Assembly (NCBI GenBank): GCA_029337695.3
Contig: GCA_029337695.3_4851.1
DNA from: a phage
Strand: one strand, 5' to 3'
Length of the DNA: 46,785 bases
Part shown: one piece after another, positions 22,941-33,276 of the stretch
Numbering within the stretch: position 1 is the stretch's first letter
Layout of the letters: every line of letters starts with the position of its first letter
Notes under the pieces: model-generated
The model's database searches: none
What the model saw: the letters and a program-made list of their open reading frames with translations, nothing else
What the model was told of the DNA's origin: nothing
Made by a program: the position numbers and the translations under genes

Positions 22941-23299
22941 TTTTACCTAATTTACCGTATATTTATTGGTCAGTTTTTTGCGTAACTAATTGATTTATAT
23001 GGTTTTACCGGTTTTACCGGAGCTCTAAGGAGTATTTTCATCATTGAGAGTAGTAGTATATTAATTGGTCTAATTTTTAAATAACCCTAATAAAATCAAT
23101 ATATTAATATAAGAAAGTAACTTACTTACTTATATAGGATTTACCGGGTAAAACCGGTAACTCCTCCGCAGCCCGCGTCATTACTGGATTGATTTTTACC
23201 ACCTGTAGGTAAATACAGTAGTTTTTAAGTCAGGATTGTTTTTGTAAGATGTTGATTACCGGTACTTTATTTGAAAAACCGGGATTTACCGGGTTTTTG
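22941..23299. repeat. AT-rich iteron array (TTTACCGG-type), candidate origin or regulatory region
   Basis: About 600 bp without ORFs; copies at 22941-22960, tandem GTTTTACCGG x2 at 23001-23020, inverted TTACCGG/CCGGTAA at 23141-23160, palindrome 23195-23215, TTACCGGTA at 23255-23264, ACCGGG repeats at 23275-23299. Confidence 0.6.
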
Positions 23300-23370
23300 T
23301 GGTGTGATTGATAATCGCGCAATTAGTCATGTTTCACCAGAGCTCACTGATGCGACACCTGAAAATCATA

Positions 23371-23400
23371 TTGACGTAGAATCACAACTGATGTAGATTG
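23371..23400 (+). promoter_or_regulatory. putative early promoter with two inverted copies of the AATCTAC motif
   Basis: TTGACGTAGAAT (23371-23382) and TGATGTAGATTG (23389-23400) upstream of the first + early gene. Confidence 0.45.
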
Positions 23401-23429
23401 AACTCATCGAAACAAACGAGGGTGAAGAG

Positions 23430-23615
23430 ATGAAAGAGGAAAGCACGTACGACATCGACCAGATGAAGTTGTTCAGCGATATATGCATGGCATTGTCACA
23501 ACAGGTTCCAAGCCTTCCTGCTGACACGCGTTCAAATGCCATCATTGATGCAGCAAACATGATTTGCGAGGCTTATGCGATGAGTGAAGATGAATACAAG
23601 GCTTTGAAGAAATGA
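23430..23615 (+). CDS. hypothetical early protein
   Basis: 61-aa ORF, first of a coupled series of small ORFs. Confidence 0.4.
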   Translation: MKEESTYDIDQMKLFSDICMALSQQVPSLPADTRSNAIIDAANMICEAYAMSEDEYKALKK

Positions 23616-23707
23616 CAGGCGCAACACTCGAACTTATCGCCAGTCTGGTTATCGTGGCATTCATCATTATCGCAGTGGCAGTTTCCAAGTCGGGGTATAA
23701 GGAGTAA
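23612..23707 (+). CDS. small hydrophobic peptide (31 aa)
   Basis: MTGATLELIASLVIVAFIIIAVAVSKSGYKE; ATGA overlap with the upstream stop. Confidence 0.35.
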   Translation: MTGATLELIASLVIVAFIIIAVAVSKSGYKE

Positions 23708-23795
23708 CAAAATGAGCAACTGGCATAACGAACACATCATGCAGTGGTATCGCCGTCGCATTAAGGCAATCATTAACTCTTATGAGGTTTAACAA

Positions 23796-23978
23796 ATGGC
23801 AAAGACAATCTATCGCCGCGAGAAACTGGAACCAGAACTCGGTCACGTTGGCGCGCAGCACTTTATGAGCAAGCAGGCACGCAATGCAATGGAATCTACC
23901 CGCGTGAATCGCGTTGTGCGCGTGTTTAATGGCGAAGGTAAGCGCAGAGTAATGGATGAGCTGATTATCGTGTTCTGA
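23796..23978 (+). CDS. hypothetical protein
   Basis: 60-aa basic ORF. Confidence 0.4.
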   Translation: MAKTIYRREKLEPELGHVGAQHFMSKQARNAMESTRVNRVVRVFNGEGKRRVMDELIIVF

Positions 23979-24014
23979 CCTCGATTCAGCTACCTTATTT
24001 TTAATGGTGATGAT

Positions 24015-24248
24015 ATGGCAAAAGTAAAAACATACGAGTTCTGGATAGTGCAGAACAAAATGTATGACAGCAAAACAATCAATCGAGCGCGCTGGTGGAA
24101 TAAGTGGTTAATCCTGTACAACTGCATTGTGCTGGCAAAGTGCAAATTCAAAGCGATTGACATCACTGATGAGGATGCACTCACAATCGCAAAGATTGAG
24201 TTTGAAGAAGATGGTCATTACGAAGAAATTATGGGGGTTAGGGTATGA
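24015..24248 (+). CDS. hypothetical protein
   Basis: 77-aa ORF. Confidence 0.4.
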   Translation: MAKVKTYEFWIVQNKMYDSKTINRARWWNKWLILYNCIVLAKCKFKAIDITDEDALTIAKIEFEEDGHYEEIMGVRV

Positions 24249-24580
24249 GTGAAGTTAAGATATACACATTGGTTATGGGCGAAAAAGAGATTCTTAATTT
24301 TAAGCATGGAGAAGAGCTGAGGGTCGGAGAGTTCGTTAAATACAAGGACTATGCAGCGCTCGAAGCTAAATGCGATGAGCTACTTAAAGAAATTAAAAAC
24401 ATGCGGGACCAAGCCCTTGATGATGGATGTCGAATTGCAGAACTTGAAGAGGCGTTGCGAGATAAACAGGCGCTTATTCCTGATGGGCACGACACGACCG
24501 CACAGCAATTCGAAAGTCTAAGCAACCACAAGCATCACTTCATCAATGGCACTTGCGTAGAGTGCCTGAAAAGTGAATAG
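24245..24580 (+). CDS. hypothetical coiled-coil protein with C-terminal Cys/His cluster
   Basis: 111 aa; stop/start overlap with the previous gene; HKHHFINGTCVEC at the C-terminus. Confidence 0.45.
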   Translation: MSEVKIYTLVMGEKEILNFKHGEELRVGEFVKYKDYAALEAKCDELLKEIKNMRDQALDDGCRIAELEEALRDKQALIPDGHDTTAQQFESLSNHKHHFINGTCVECLKSE

Positions 24581-24643
24581 CTACCCGTTCATATTAATTA
24601 TCAGTGCGCTCTATGTGGCGCACGATTTAGTGGAGATATATCA

Positions 24644-24751
24644 ATGAAGAACCACAAAAGACGCCGATACACCACTGGCGCTAAAATATTCCTTGCTGTT
24701 TATCTGATGGCGTTGGTAGCAGCTATCGCAGGAGTTGTGCATTATGTTTAA
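24644..24751 (+). CDS. small membrane peptide (35 aa)
   Basis: MKNHKRRRYTTGAKIFLAVYLMALVAAIAGVVHYV: basic N-terminus plus one TM segment. Confidence 0.3.
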   Translation: MKNHKRRRYTTGAKIFLAVYLMALVAAIAGVVHYV

Positions 24752-24903
24752 CGATATTAGTGATGCAATGCAAAACATGTGGGAACGCTACTGGGACGGT
24801 ATGATGACCTGTCATTACATGATGGTGCAGCTCGGCAATCGCATTGAGGTTGTGCCTGATAATGGCGTGCATGACATTAAGTGCATGTGCTCAACGAGGG
24901 ATT

Positions 24904-25083
24904 ATGCTAATGCAAACCACTAAGCAGAAGGTCTGGCAACTCGCAAAGCAGCACGAATTGGACGACTTCATTGCGAAGGTCGCAAAAACATTCCCCGATG
25001 CGCTTGAAATCGTTCATGTGCAGACTCGCAATGAAAATGCGTGGTGCTATGCTGGCAAGCGCGATAATGATGGTGTACAATAA
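24904..25083 (+). CDS. hypothetical protein
   Basis: 59-aa ORF from internal Met (MLMQTTKQ...), followed by a terminator. Confidence 0.35.
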   Translation: MLMQTTKQKVWQLAKQHELDDFIAKVAKTFPDALEIVHVQTRNENAWCYAGKRDNDGVQ

Positions 25084-25127
25084 GCGCATAACCACCATTG
25101 CTTCACTCATATCATCACCCAACATTT

Positions 25128-25153
25128 AACCCGCCTTGTGCGGGTTCTTTTTT
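25128..25153 (+). terminator. rho-independent terminator
   Basis: AACCCGC-cttgt-GCGGGTT followed by TCTTTTTT. Confidence 0.75.
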
Positions 25154-25200
25154 ATCTGTGTTAAACTAACGATATCGAAATACGAAAAGACGAAAACAGA

Positions 25201-25647
25201 ATGGCTAATCCAAACCCTGTCATGAAATTTTCCTCTGAATACCAGCCTGCTGGCAGAGGATTAAGCTACAGAAACAGGCTTATTGAAGCATTAAAGCGAT
25301 GCGGGCTTGGCGAGGAGGAATTCCTTGATGCATTCATCAGGACGTCAATCAGGATGACGGAGGAAAACCCGACTCAGGGCGTGCAAATGCTGAAGGAAAT
25401 ATTCCTGCGTATCAGCCCGGTACAAAAGAGTATGGCACCTCCGGTTAATTTTAAATACCGCAAAGATGCCACGCCAGTTGAGCAGATAGAGGACGTCATT
25501 CAATCTGTTTCCAGTGGGGAACTCCCAATTGATGTGGCGTCGCAGGTTGTGTCTATGATTAAGGTTGGTCTTGACGTGAAAGAATTAACCGAACTCGCCG
25601 CGCGCCTTGAGCGACTGGAGAAATTGCTGGAGCAGCAGAGTGCGTGA
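25201..25647 (+). CDS. terS: putative terminase small subunit
   Basis: 148-aa ORF directly upstream of the large terminase, with C-terminal coiled-coil; assignment by position. Confidence 0.45.
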   Translation: MANPNPVMKFSSEYQPAGRGLSYRNRLIEALKRCGLGEEEFLDAFIRTSIRMTEENPTQGVQMLKEIFLRISPVQKSMAPPVNFKYRKDATPVEQIEDVIQSVSSGELPIDVASQVVSMIKVGLDVKELTELAARLERLEKLLEQQSA

Positions 25648-25776
25648 TTTCATTTACTTTGTTTGTGGATGTGTATGGATGCCAGTCTATGCAAATGCCG
25701 ATACATTAATTAAACAAGCTGCCTGCTGGCTTGTGGTGTTGATTCTTGCTATTTATTCAGTATTCAGGAGTCGTTA

Positions 25777-27201
25777 ATGGCTCGTAAACGCCTCTCCGCA
25801 CTGGCAATCGAAAAACTGGAAGCGCAGATTGATGACGCGATGACTGATGTTGCAGAGTCCGCCATCTTCGGCATCTGCGACATGCAGAAGAACGTCATTA
25901 AGCGGTTAAGGATGACAGCTACTGGCGTTGATGATGTGACTAATGCAACCACTCATGCCGATCACCTGATTCCCGCAAAACTTGAACGCCTGCTTTATCC
26001 GAAGCGTTTTAAGTTTGTCTACGGTGGTCGCGGGTCAGGGAAAACGAGAACTATTATCACTATCCTTACTGAAAGGGCAAGATTTCGACCTGACCGCTTC
26101 GCCTGCTTTCGTGAGATTCAGCAATCCATTGAGGATTCAAGCTATCAGGAGCTGGTGGATGAGATAGCCCGCAAGGGAGAGTCGGCAGAGTTTCGCGTTG
26201 TCAACAACGAGATAACACACAAGAAGACCAAAGCGAAGTTTCGCTTCAAAGGGCTGTATCGCAATCAGACAACAGTTAAGGGTTTTGCTGGCATTACCGT
26301 CGGTTGGGTAGAGGAAGCAGAGAACGTCAGCCAGACAAGCTGGGATATTCTTGTACCTACCATCCGCGCCGCTAATTCCGAGCTGTGGTGCTCATTCAAC
26401 CCCAACAAGGAAACAGACCCGACATGGAAGAACTGGATTGCTCCATATCACTCACGGATGGTTGATGGCATATTCGAAAATGATGAAATTCTGATTATCG
26501 AATGTAACTATTCCGACAATCCGTGGTTCTGGGATACGCCGCTGCCATCAGCCATGGAGCAAATGAAGCGAACTGATTACGACCGTTATCGCTGGATTTG
26601 GATGGGAGCATTCAACAAGCGCAGCGACGAGCAGGTTTTTGGTGGCAAGTGGCGCATTGATAACTTCGAGGTCAAACCTGAATGGCACGGGCCATACTTC
26701 GGGATGGACTTCGGGTTTTCCACCGATCCTACCGCAATGGTTGAAGTGTACATCGAAGAGTTACCAGGTGGACGGCGTAACATTTATATTAATCGCGAGT
26801 ACGGCAAAGTTGGCCTTGAAATTACCGATACGCCAGCTGCGATGGAGCAATCATTTCCGATGGCTAAGCGCGCACGATGGTATGCCGACTGTGCGCGACC
26901 AGAAACCATCAGCCACATCAAGCGTTCTGGATTCGATATTCACCCGTGCACAAAATGGCCCGGGAGTGTTGATGATGGCGTAACGTGGCTGCGCGGTTGT
27001 GACAGCATCATCATTCACGAGAGATGCAAGGAAATGCAGAATGAGGCGGCGATGTACAGCTATAAGGTTGATAAGCTGACCGGGAATGTACTGACTGATA
27101 TTGTTGATGCATTTAACCACTTCTGGGATGCGGTTCGTTACGCCCTCAATGACCACATCGTTCAGCGCGGAAGCGGAATGCTAATCCGCCGCAGGCGATA
27201 A
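25777..27201 (+). CDS. terL: terminase large subunit
   Basis: Walker A YGGRGSGKTRT, Walker B-like VGWVEEAE, C-terminal nuclease-like region. Confidence 0.85.
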   Translation: MARKRLSALAIEKLEAQIDDAMTDVAESAIFGICDMQKNVIKRLRMTATGVDDVTNATTHADHLIPAKLERLLYPKRFKFVYGGRGSGKTRTIITILTERARFRPDRFACFREIQQSIEDSSYQELVDEIARKGESAEFRVVNNEITHKKTKAKFRFKGLYRNQTTVKGFAGITVGWVEEAENVSQTSWDILVPTIRAANSELWCSFNPNKETDPTWKNWIAPYHSRMVDGIFENDEILIIECNYSDNPWFWDTPLPSAMEQMKRTDYDRYRWIWMGAFNKRSDEQVFGGKWRIDNFEVKPEWHGPYFGMDFGFSTDPTAMVEVYIEELPGGRRNIYINREYGKVGLEITDTPAAMEQSFPMAKRARWYADCARPETISHIKRSGFDIHPCTKWPGSVDDGVTWLRGCDSIIIHERCKEMQNEAAMYSYKVDKLTGNVLTDIVDAFNHFWDAVRYALNDHIVQRGSGMLIRRRR

Positions 27202-27217
27202 ATCTTCATCACCACAC

Positions 27218-27257
27218 TTGACCAATCTACACCGAGCGCATAGTATAATCTACATCA
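27218..27257 (+). promoter_or_regulatory. putative promoter (TTGACC ... TATAAT) with two direct AATCTACA motif copies
   Basis: TTGACC 27218-27223, AATCTACACC 27224-27233, TATAAT 27244-27249, AATCTACATCA 27247-27257. Confidence 0.5.
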
Positions 27258-27278
27258 GGCTTACCGGAGATATCACTA

Positions 27279-27485
27279 TGCGCAGCTATGCAGGATTCAC
27301 ACAGGAGGAAAAAGAACAGGTTTATTCACTGGCGCGGGCTGGCGTGCCTGACGAGGTGATTTGCCGTCGGTATGACATCGACGAGGATTTTCTGCTGCGC
27401 GTTCTGGATGATGTTTTCGTCAACCTGCAAGAAAAGCGAGGGTATAAGGGTATCTGCTGCAAGAATGATTTTTTGAGAGGGTGAT
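27279..27485 (+). CDS. hypothetical protein
   Basis: 68-aa ORF (MRSYAGFTQEEKEQ...) downstream of the promoter. Confidence 0.4.
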
Positions 27486-27676
27486 TATGAGAGGGTTTGC
27501 AAGTGATTTTCTGTTTATTGGTATTAAGTACACCATTGCACTGGCGATTGCTTTCCCACTTATCTGGTTGATTAGATGGTAGGCACCAAGTATTGGTGAC
27601 ATTCTAAACTGGCAGGTTTTCAGGCTTTTTATCGGATTGTTGGTTATTTCAGCCATTGCCGCTTGGTGGATTAATC

Positions 27677-28084
27677 ATGTTCAGAAATAAATTAAAGAAA
27701 ATAATCCGCGACGCTGCGGATAAGAAATACACCAAAAAGATTGATATATCATTCATTGATGGTGCTGGCCTGTACAACCATGCCTGTCATCTGAACGCAG
27801 TGAACAAGTCTCGCGATGGTAGCTCGTGCGCAGTGGTTGAGGTTGTGGTGATTGATGATAAGTCAGTGACTGCACATTACATCAATATGCAGTCAGATGG
27901 TGCTTATGTTGACTACACACTCGGCTGGCACTGGTCTGGTGCTGATTACCGGTTTGTGCGATTTGTTCCGTTTACCGAGTGGCCTGATATCACAGGCTCG
28001 TTAAGCAGACTGAAGGCCGAACTGTGCAGGCCGGTGGCTAAATGGCAGAAGTTGTTGATGATAACTGATGGTGAACTTTGTTGA
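27677..28084 (+). CDS. hypothetical protein
   Basis: 135-aa ORF from in-frame ATG at 27677. Confidence 0.45.
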   Translation: MFRNKLKKIIRDAADKKYTKKIDISFIDGAGLYNHACHLNAVNKSRDGSSCAVVEVVVIDDKSVTAHYINMQSDGAYVDYTLGWHWSGADYRFVRFVPFTEWPDITGSLSRLKAELCRPVAKWQKLLMITDGELC

Positions 28085-28091
28085 GGTGGGT

Positions 28092-28287
28092 AATGATTAT
28101 TGAAGAAACAGAAAACGCATATGACATGCACGTAACTGAGCAAGAGCTTGAGGATGGAACTCTTGTTGTGGAGTTGTATCAAGAGAATGGCTCAGGCATT
28201 GAGCAATTTATTGGTATTGACAAGCAACAGGCTGCGCAGCTAATAGAAGTCCTGCAACGCTGGGTTAACGGTGAGGAGATTGAGTGA
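28092..28287 (+). CDS. hypothetical acidic protein
   Basis: 65 aa, highly acidic. Confidence 0.4.
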
Positions 28288-28517
28288 TGATGAATACCAA
28301 GCAAAGATACAGGATGGGGTATCTCGGCTGGCTGAAAGAGACTGTTGGTGATTTTCTTGATAAGAAGATGCTGGCAGACATGGTTTATGGCTTATTGTGC
28401 CTACTGCTGCTCATCTCTTTTCCTGTTTCAATGCCGATGATTGCTGCAATAAGAATGGTAGTAACCAAGCGAAATATGAGAAAACAGTATGGTCGCGATG
28501 AACTGATGGGAGATTGA
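28284..28517 (+). CDS. hypothetical membrane protein
   Basis: 77 aa with a central hydrophobic segment; ATGA-type overlap with the upstream gene. Confidence 0.4.
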   Translation: MMMNTKQRYRMGYLGWLKETVGDFLDKKMLADMVYGLLCLLLLISFPVSMPMIAAIRMVVTKRNMRKQYGRDELMGD

Positions 28518-28706
28518 GTGATGAGCGTTTATTTCATTCATGCTGAGGTGCTTGGTGGTGGTGAAGTTGCCGCAAAAATGTCTATGGTGATAGCTGCGTC
28601 AAACTCAGTTCATGCTTTCGAAGTGTTTATGGCGGACGAGAATGCCGCCAGATTCCAATCCCAAGGGTTCGATGTTGTTATTGATAAACTGGAAAAGGTG
28701 GAGTGA
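28518..28706 (+). CDS. hypothetical protein
   Basis: 62-aa ORF in a coupled series. Confidence 0.35.
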   Translation: MMSVYFIHAEVLGGGEVAAKMSMVIAASNSVHAFEVFMADENAARFQSQGFDVVIDKLEKVE

Positions 28707-28936
28707 TGGATAACTGCGAAACGCCGATTCAATACCTTGAAGAATTGTCTCTTTGCGATACTATGGCAAGGAAAATAATAACCTTGTTTAAGCAAGGAAT
28801 TGTCACTGAACAGGAAGCCATCTTGATTTACATGAAAGGGCAAAATGAAATTACAGAACATTACAAGGGTGAGCTATTATCTATCATGCAAAGACAAACG
28901 CAACCGATGATTGCAATGCCATCACGGAGAGAATAA
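28703..28936 (+). CDS. hypothetical protein
   Basis: 77-aa ORF, last of the series, followed by a terminator. Confidence 0.4.
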   Translation: MMDNCETPIQYLEELSLCDTMARKIITLFKQGIVTEQEAILIYMKGQNEITEHYKGELLSIMQRQTQPMIAMPSRRE

Positions 28937-28970
28937 GCCATCAACCATAGCCACTGCAAGCTCGTGTTAT

Positions 28971-29000
28971 AATCCCATCCAACGTGATGGGATTTTTTAT
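28971..29000 (+). terminator. rho-independent terminator
   Basis: AATCCCATC-caacgt-GATGGGATT followed by TTTTTAT. Confidence 0.75.
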
Positions 29001-29006
29001 TGGTGA

Positions 29007-30431
<1,425 letters not shown>

Positions 30432-30525
30432 TATAATAACAAATGCAGCTAGTCCGGCCAGATGAAAAGGTGAACGTAGACACCCTGCTGCATCCTCAAT
30501 CTACGAACCTACTACGGGGTTACTC

Positions 30526-31425
30526 ATGGCAAAAAGACTCACCACGGAAGAATTCATTTCTCGCGCCAGACAAAAACATGGCGACAAGTACATTTATCAT
30601 AAATGTGAATACGTCAACGCAAAAACAAAAATCGTCATAACATGCAAAGAGCATGGCGACTTCACGCAATCACCAAGCGACCACCTGCAAGGAAAGGGAT
30701 GTAAGAGGTGTGCAGATATCTCAGGGTGGGATAAGAGAAAGATAACAACCTCCGAATTTGTCTTGAAGGCAAACGCGATACACTCCAACAAGTACACATA
30801 TGAAAAGGCCAAGTATAAGCAAGGTCATTTAAAGGTGTGCATAACATGCAGAAGGCATGGTGATTTTTATCAATCACCAAGTAGTCATTTAAGGGGCTTT
30901 GGTTGTCCATCGTGCAAGTTTGAATTAAATGCAGAAAGATGCAGAATGACAAAATCAGAGTTCATATCAAGGTCAAAGGAACTGCACGGTGACTCATATG
31001 ACTACTCAATGGTGGAGTATAAAAACAATAACACCAAAGTTGCTATATTGTGCAAGGAGCACGGATTGTTCATGATGTCACCTGGCAATCATCTTGCTGG
31101 CAAGGGATGCAGTGGGTGTGCAAAGTACGGATTTGATTATAAAAGGGAGGGGTTTGTATATTTCCTTATGGGCGATGGTGTAATAAAAGTTGGCATAACA
31201 AATGACATAAGACAAAGAATTGCAAGATTATCAAGGAGGACACCTTTTGAATTTTCCTTGATTGCAAAAATAAAAACAACCGGGGAAGAAGCTGCGGCGA
31301 TTGAAAAGTATTATCATAACAAATATGAATCAGCCGGTCTTTATGGTTTTGATGGTGCAACAGAGTGGTTGAAATATTCGACAGAACTTATGAATGAGAT
31401 CATGAATGAAAATACTCCGGTTTAA
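30526..31425 (+). CDS. T5orf172 (GIY-YIG-like) domain endonuclease with three N-terminal zinc-ribbon repeats
   Basis: Three roughly 45-aa repeats of ...HG(D)...Y...C..HG.F.QSP..HL.G.GC..C, then a C-terminal GFVYFLMGDGVIKVGITNDIRQRIARL...GATEWLK T5orf172-type domain. Confidence 0.65.
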   Translation: MAKRLTTEEFISRARQKHGDKYIYHKCEYVNAKTKIVITCKEHGDFTQSPSDHLQGKGCKRCADISGWDKRKITTSEFVLKANAIHSNKYTYEKAKYKQGHLKVCITCRRHGDFYQSPSSHLRGFGCPSCKFELNAERCRMTKSEFISRSKELHGDSYDYSMVEYKNNNTKVAILCKEHGLFMMSPGNHLAGKGCSGCAKYGFDYKREGFVYFLMGDGVIKVGITNDIRQRIARLSRRTPFEFSLIAKIKTTGEEAAAIEKYYHNKYESAGLYGFDGATEWLKYSTELMNEIMNENTPV

Positions 31426-32356
31426 CGCAAGGCTACCCCAACCGCGCATATCGCAGAGCCTGACCGACCCGTTAGGTGCTGCGGCTCGCCTGTCGAAGAT
31501 GGATAAGGTGATAACGCACAAATATAAGCAACTCAGGACTAGTGCTCTTGAGTTGTTTCGCACCATTCCTGGTAGTCAGACCAATGCAGAATCAAGCGGC
31601 CTGTATTTCTACGATTTCAGTAGTGCACGAGCTGCTACTTTCATGGATGAGTTGCAGGAGCTGATTGACGAGATTCTGCTTGAAGGCGACGATTTCGGTC
31701 ACAGCAGGATGTGGGCTAACGTGTTCATCGGTGATGCGTATCAGGCCGGAACGCAGAAGGCAAATTCAGAGCTATCAAGTCTGTCTCCGGTTTATTCTGA
31801 GCAGAGGTCAATTGCCGCAATACTCTACAGTGAGCCTTACCTGAATCGGCTGCAACTTGCTTATACACAAGGCTATTCAGACTGGCGCGGACTGAGTGAT
31901 TACTCCCGGCAGCAACTGACGTCTGTCATTATGGAAGGTATTGCTCGTGGCGATAATCCTCGCAATGTTGAAGCTGATATCGTTAAGCGCGTTGATGTGT
32001 CTCACAGTTACGCGAAACAGATAGCGCAGACTGAAATCACCGGGACGCTGCGACAGGCAAACAGGCGGGAAGTCATTGAGGCGCGCGAAGAATTGGGCGT
32101 TGAGACGGTGATGCTGTGGCAATCGGCACTGATGAAATCAACGAGGGCTTGGCATGCGTCACGGCATGGCAAGTTCTATACGCCGGAAGAGATTGACACG
32201 TTCTATAGCGAAGTAGCGAACCGCAGGAATTGCCACTGCGCACAAACCCCGGCATTACTAATGGATGGCAAGCCAGTCATTCTTGAATCGTCGCAGGAGA
32301 GACTAGATAAGCAGCGAGAGTCATGGCAATCAGCCAACAAAAAGCCCTCTAAGTGA
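31406..32356 (+). CDS. head morphogenesis protein (Mu F / SPP1 gp7-like)
   Basis: 316-aa ORF after the portal; C-terminal ...WHASRHGKFYTP...NCHC motif typical of this family. True start may be an internal Met. Confidence 0.55.
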   Translation: MKILRFNARLPQPRISQSLTDPLGAAARLSKMDKVITHKYKQLRTSALELFRTIPGSQTNAESSGLYFYDFSSARAATFMDELQELIDEILLEGDDFGHSRMWANVFIGDAYQAGTQKANSELSSLSPVYSEQRSIAAILYSEPYLNRLQLAYTQGYSDWRGLSDYSRQQLTSVIMEGIARGDNPRNVEADIVKRVDVSHSYAKQIAQTEITGTLRQANRREVIEAREELGVETVMLWQSALMKSTRAWHASRHGKFYTPEEIDTFYSEVANRRNCHCAQTPALLMDGKPVILESSQERLDKQRESWQSANKKPSK

Positions 32357-32370
32357 GGGCTTTGATTTAT
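32341..32370. terminator. bidirectional rho-independent terminator
   Basis: AGCCCTC-taagt-GAGGGCT hairpin with T-rich tail between convergent genes. Confidence 0.7.
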
Positions 32371-32439
32371 CTCATCAGCATGCACAGAACAAATATTATT
32401 ATCGCATAGCACAATATCTCTACGACGCTGAATATTGTT

Positions 32440-33048
32440 TTAATCATCAAGTTTCACGCCGGGAATCTTGCCTGCCGCAATGGCTTCATAAATTAGCTTA
32501 GCCTCATCCTCGCGCTTGTAATCTTGCGCTACCATTTCTAATACCGCGCAGATAGATTCAAGTACAGCCTCATGCTTCCTTTCTGCTTCTGTGCGAAATG
32601 GGATGAAAACATCCTTATTGGATGGGGTTATTGCGTAGTAAATTTCACCAGATGGTCTGATAACTATTTTTTCGCCATCAAGACCAATAACCTTGACTTT
32701 TCCCCATGACGTTCCGTTGCTGATATACTCACATTCACACCCAACTGGCGGGACTCCTTCGCCGTTCCATGCTGGCTTTTGCGATGCTGCGAGCGATGCT
32801 TTGTATTGCCAATAGGTTACTATCGACTCCTTGTGGTCGGAAGATAATGGCGTAGCCCATTTTTCTCCATACCAGAAATGCATAAGGCTATTTCCTGTGT
32901 GATGTTCCCATGAGAACCCCTCATAGTGTGGGTCATTTGTGTCCCATGCGCACAGCGAACCGTCATTATCTTGGGTGATTGATAGTGCACCCTCAGGCCA
33001 CCCACCACGCTTAGGCAATTCTTGAACTAACAGGTCGATAAGTTTCAT
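32440..33048 (-). CDS. hypothetical protein
   Basis: 202-aa ORF, Trp-rich N-terminal half. Confidence 0.45.
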   Translation of the reverse strand: MKLIDLLVQELPKRGGWPEGALSITQDNDGSLCAWDTNDPHYEGFSWEHHTGNSLMHFWYGEKWATPLSSDHKESIVTYWQYKASLAASQKPAWNGEGVPPVGCECEYISNGTSWGKVKVIGLDGEKIVIRPSGEIYYAITPSNKDVFIPFRTEAERKHEAVLESICAVLEMVAQDYKREDEAKLIYEAIAAGKIPGVKLDD

Positions 33049-33060
33049 TTTGTTTCTCCA

Positions 33061-33276
33061 TTAATAATTTGGCTTTACGTCCTTCATTGTTAGTGGCTTC
33101 CACCCACTTGCGATTGCAATATCAATACAATCCTCAAGCGTTTTAGCTTTTATTGGCTCACCAACTTCACTATCATCAAACATTCTCTGTATTTGATAGC
33201 CATCAACGACATAAAGGATTTCCACGGAGCCATGTAGCGTGTGCATAGACTCAAGCCATTGCAGGTGGTAGCTCAT
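33061..33276 (-). CDS. hypothetical protein
   Basis: 71-aa ORF coupled to the downstream gene. Confidence 0.4.
   Translation of the reverse strand: MSYHLQWLESMHTLHGSVEILYVVDGYQIQRMFDDSEVGEPIKAKTLEDCIDIAIASGWKPLTMKDVKPNY

Noticed and set aside
22941-23299. Possible CRISPR array from the repeated TTTACCGG units.
   Set aside because: Repeats are only 8-10 bp, irregularly spaced and partly palindromic, with no 28-37 bp repeats separated by unique spacers and no cas genes; better explained as iterons or operators.
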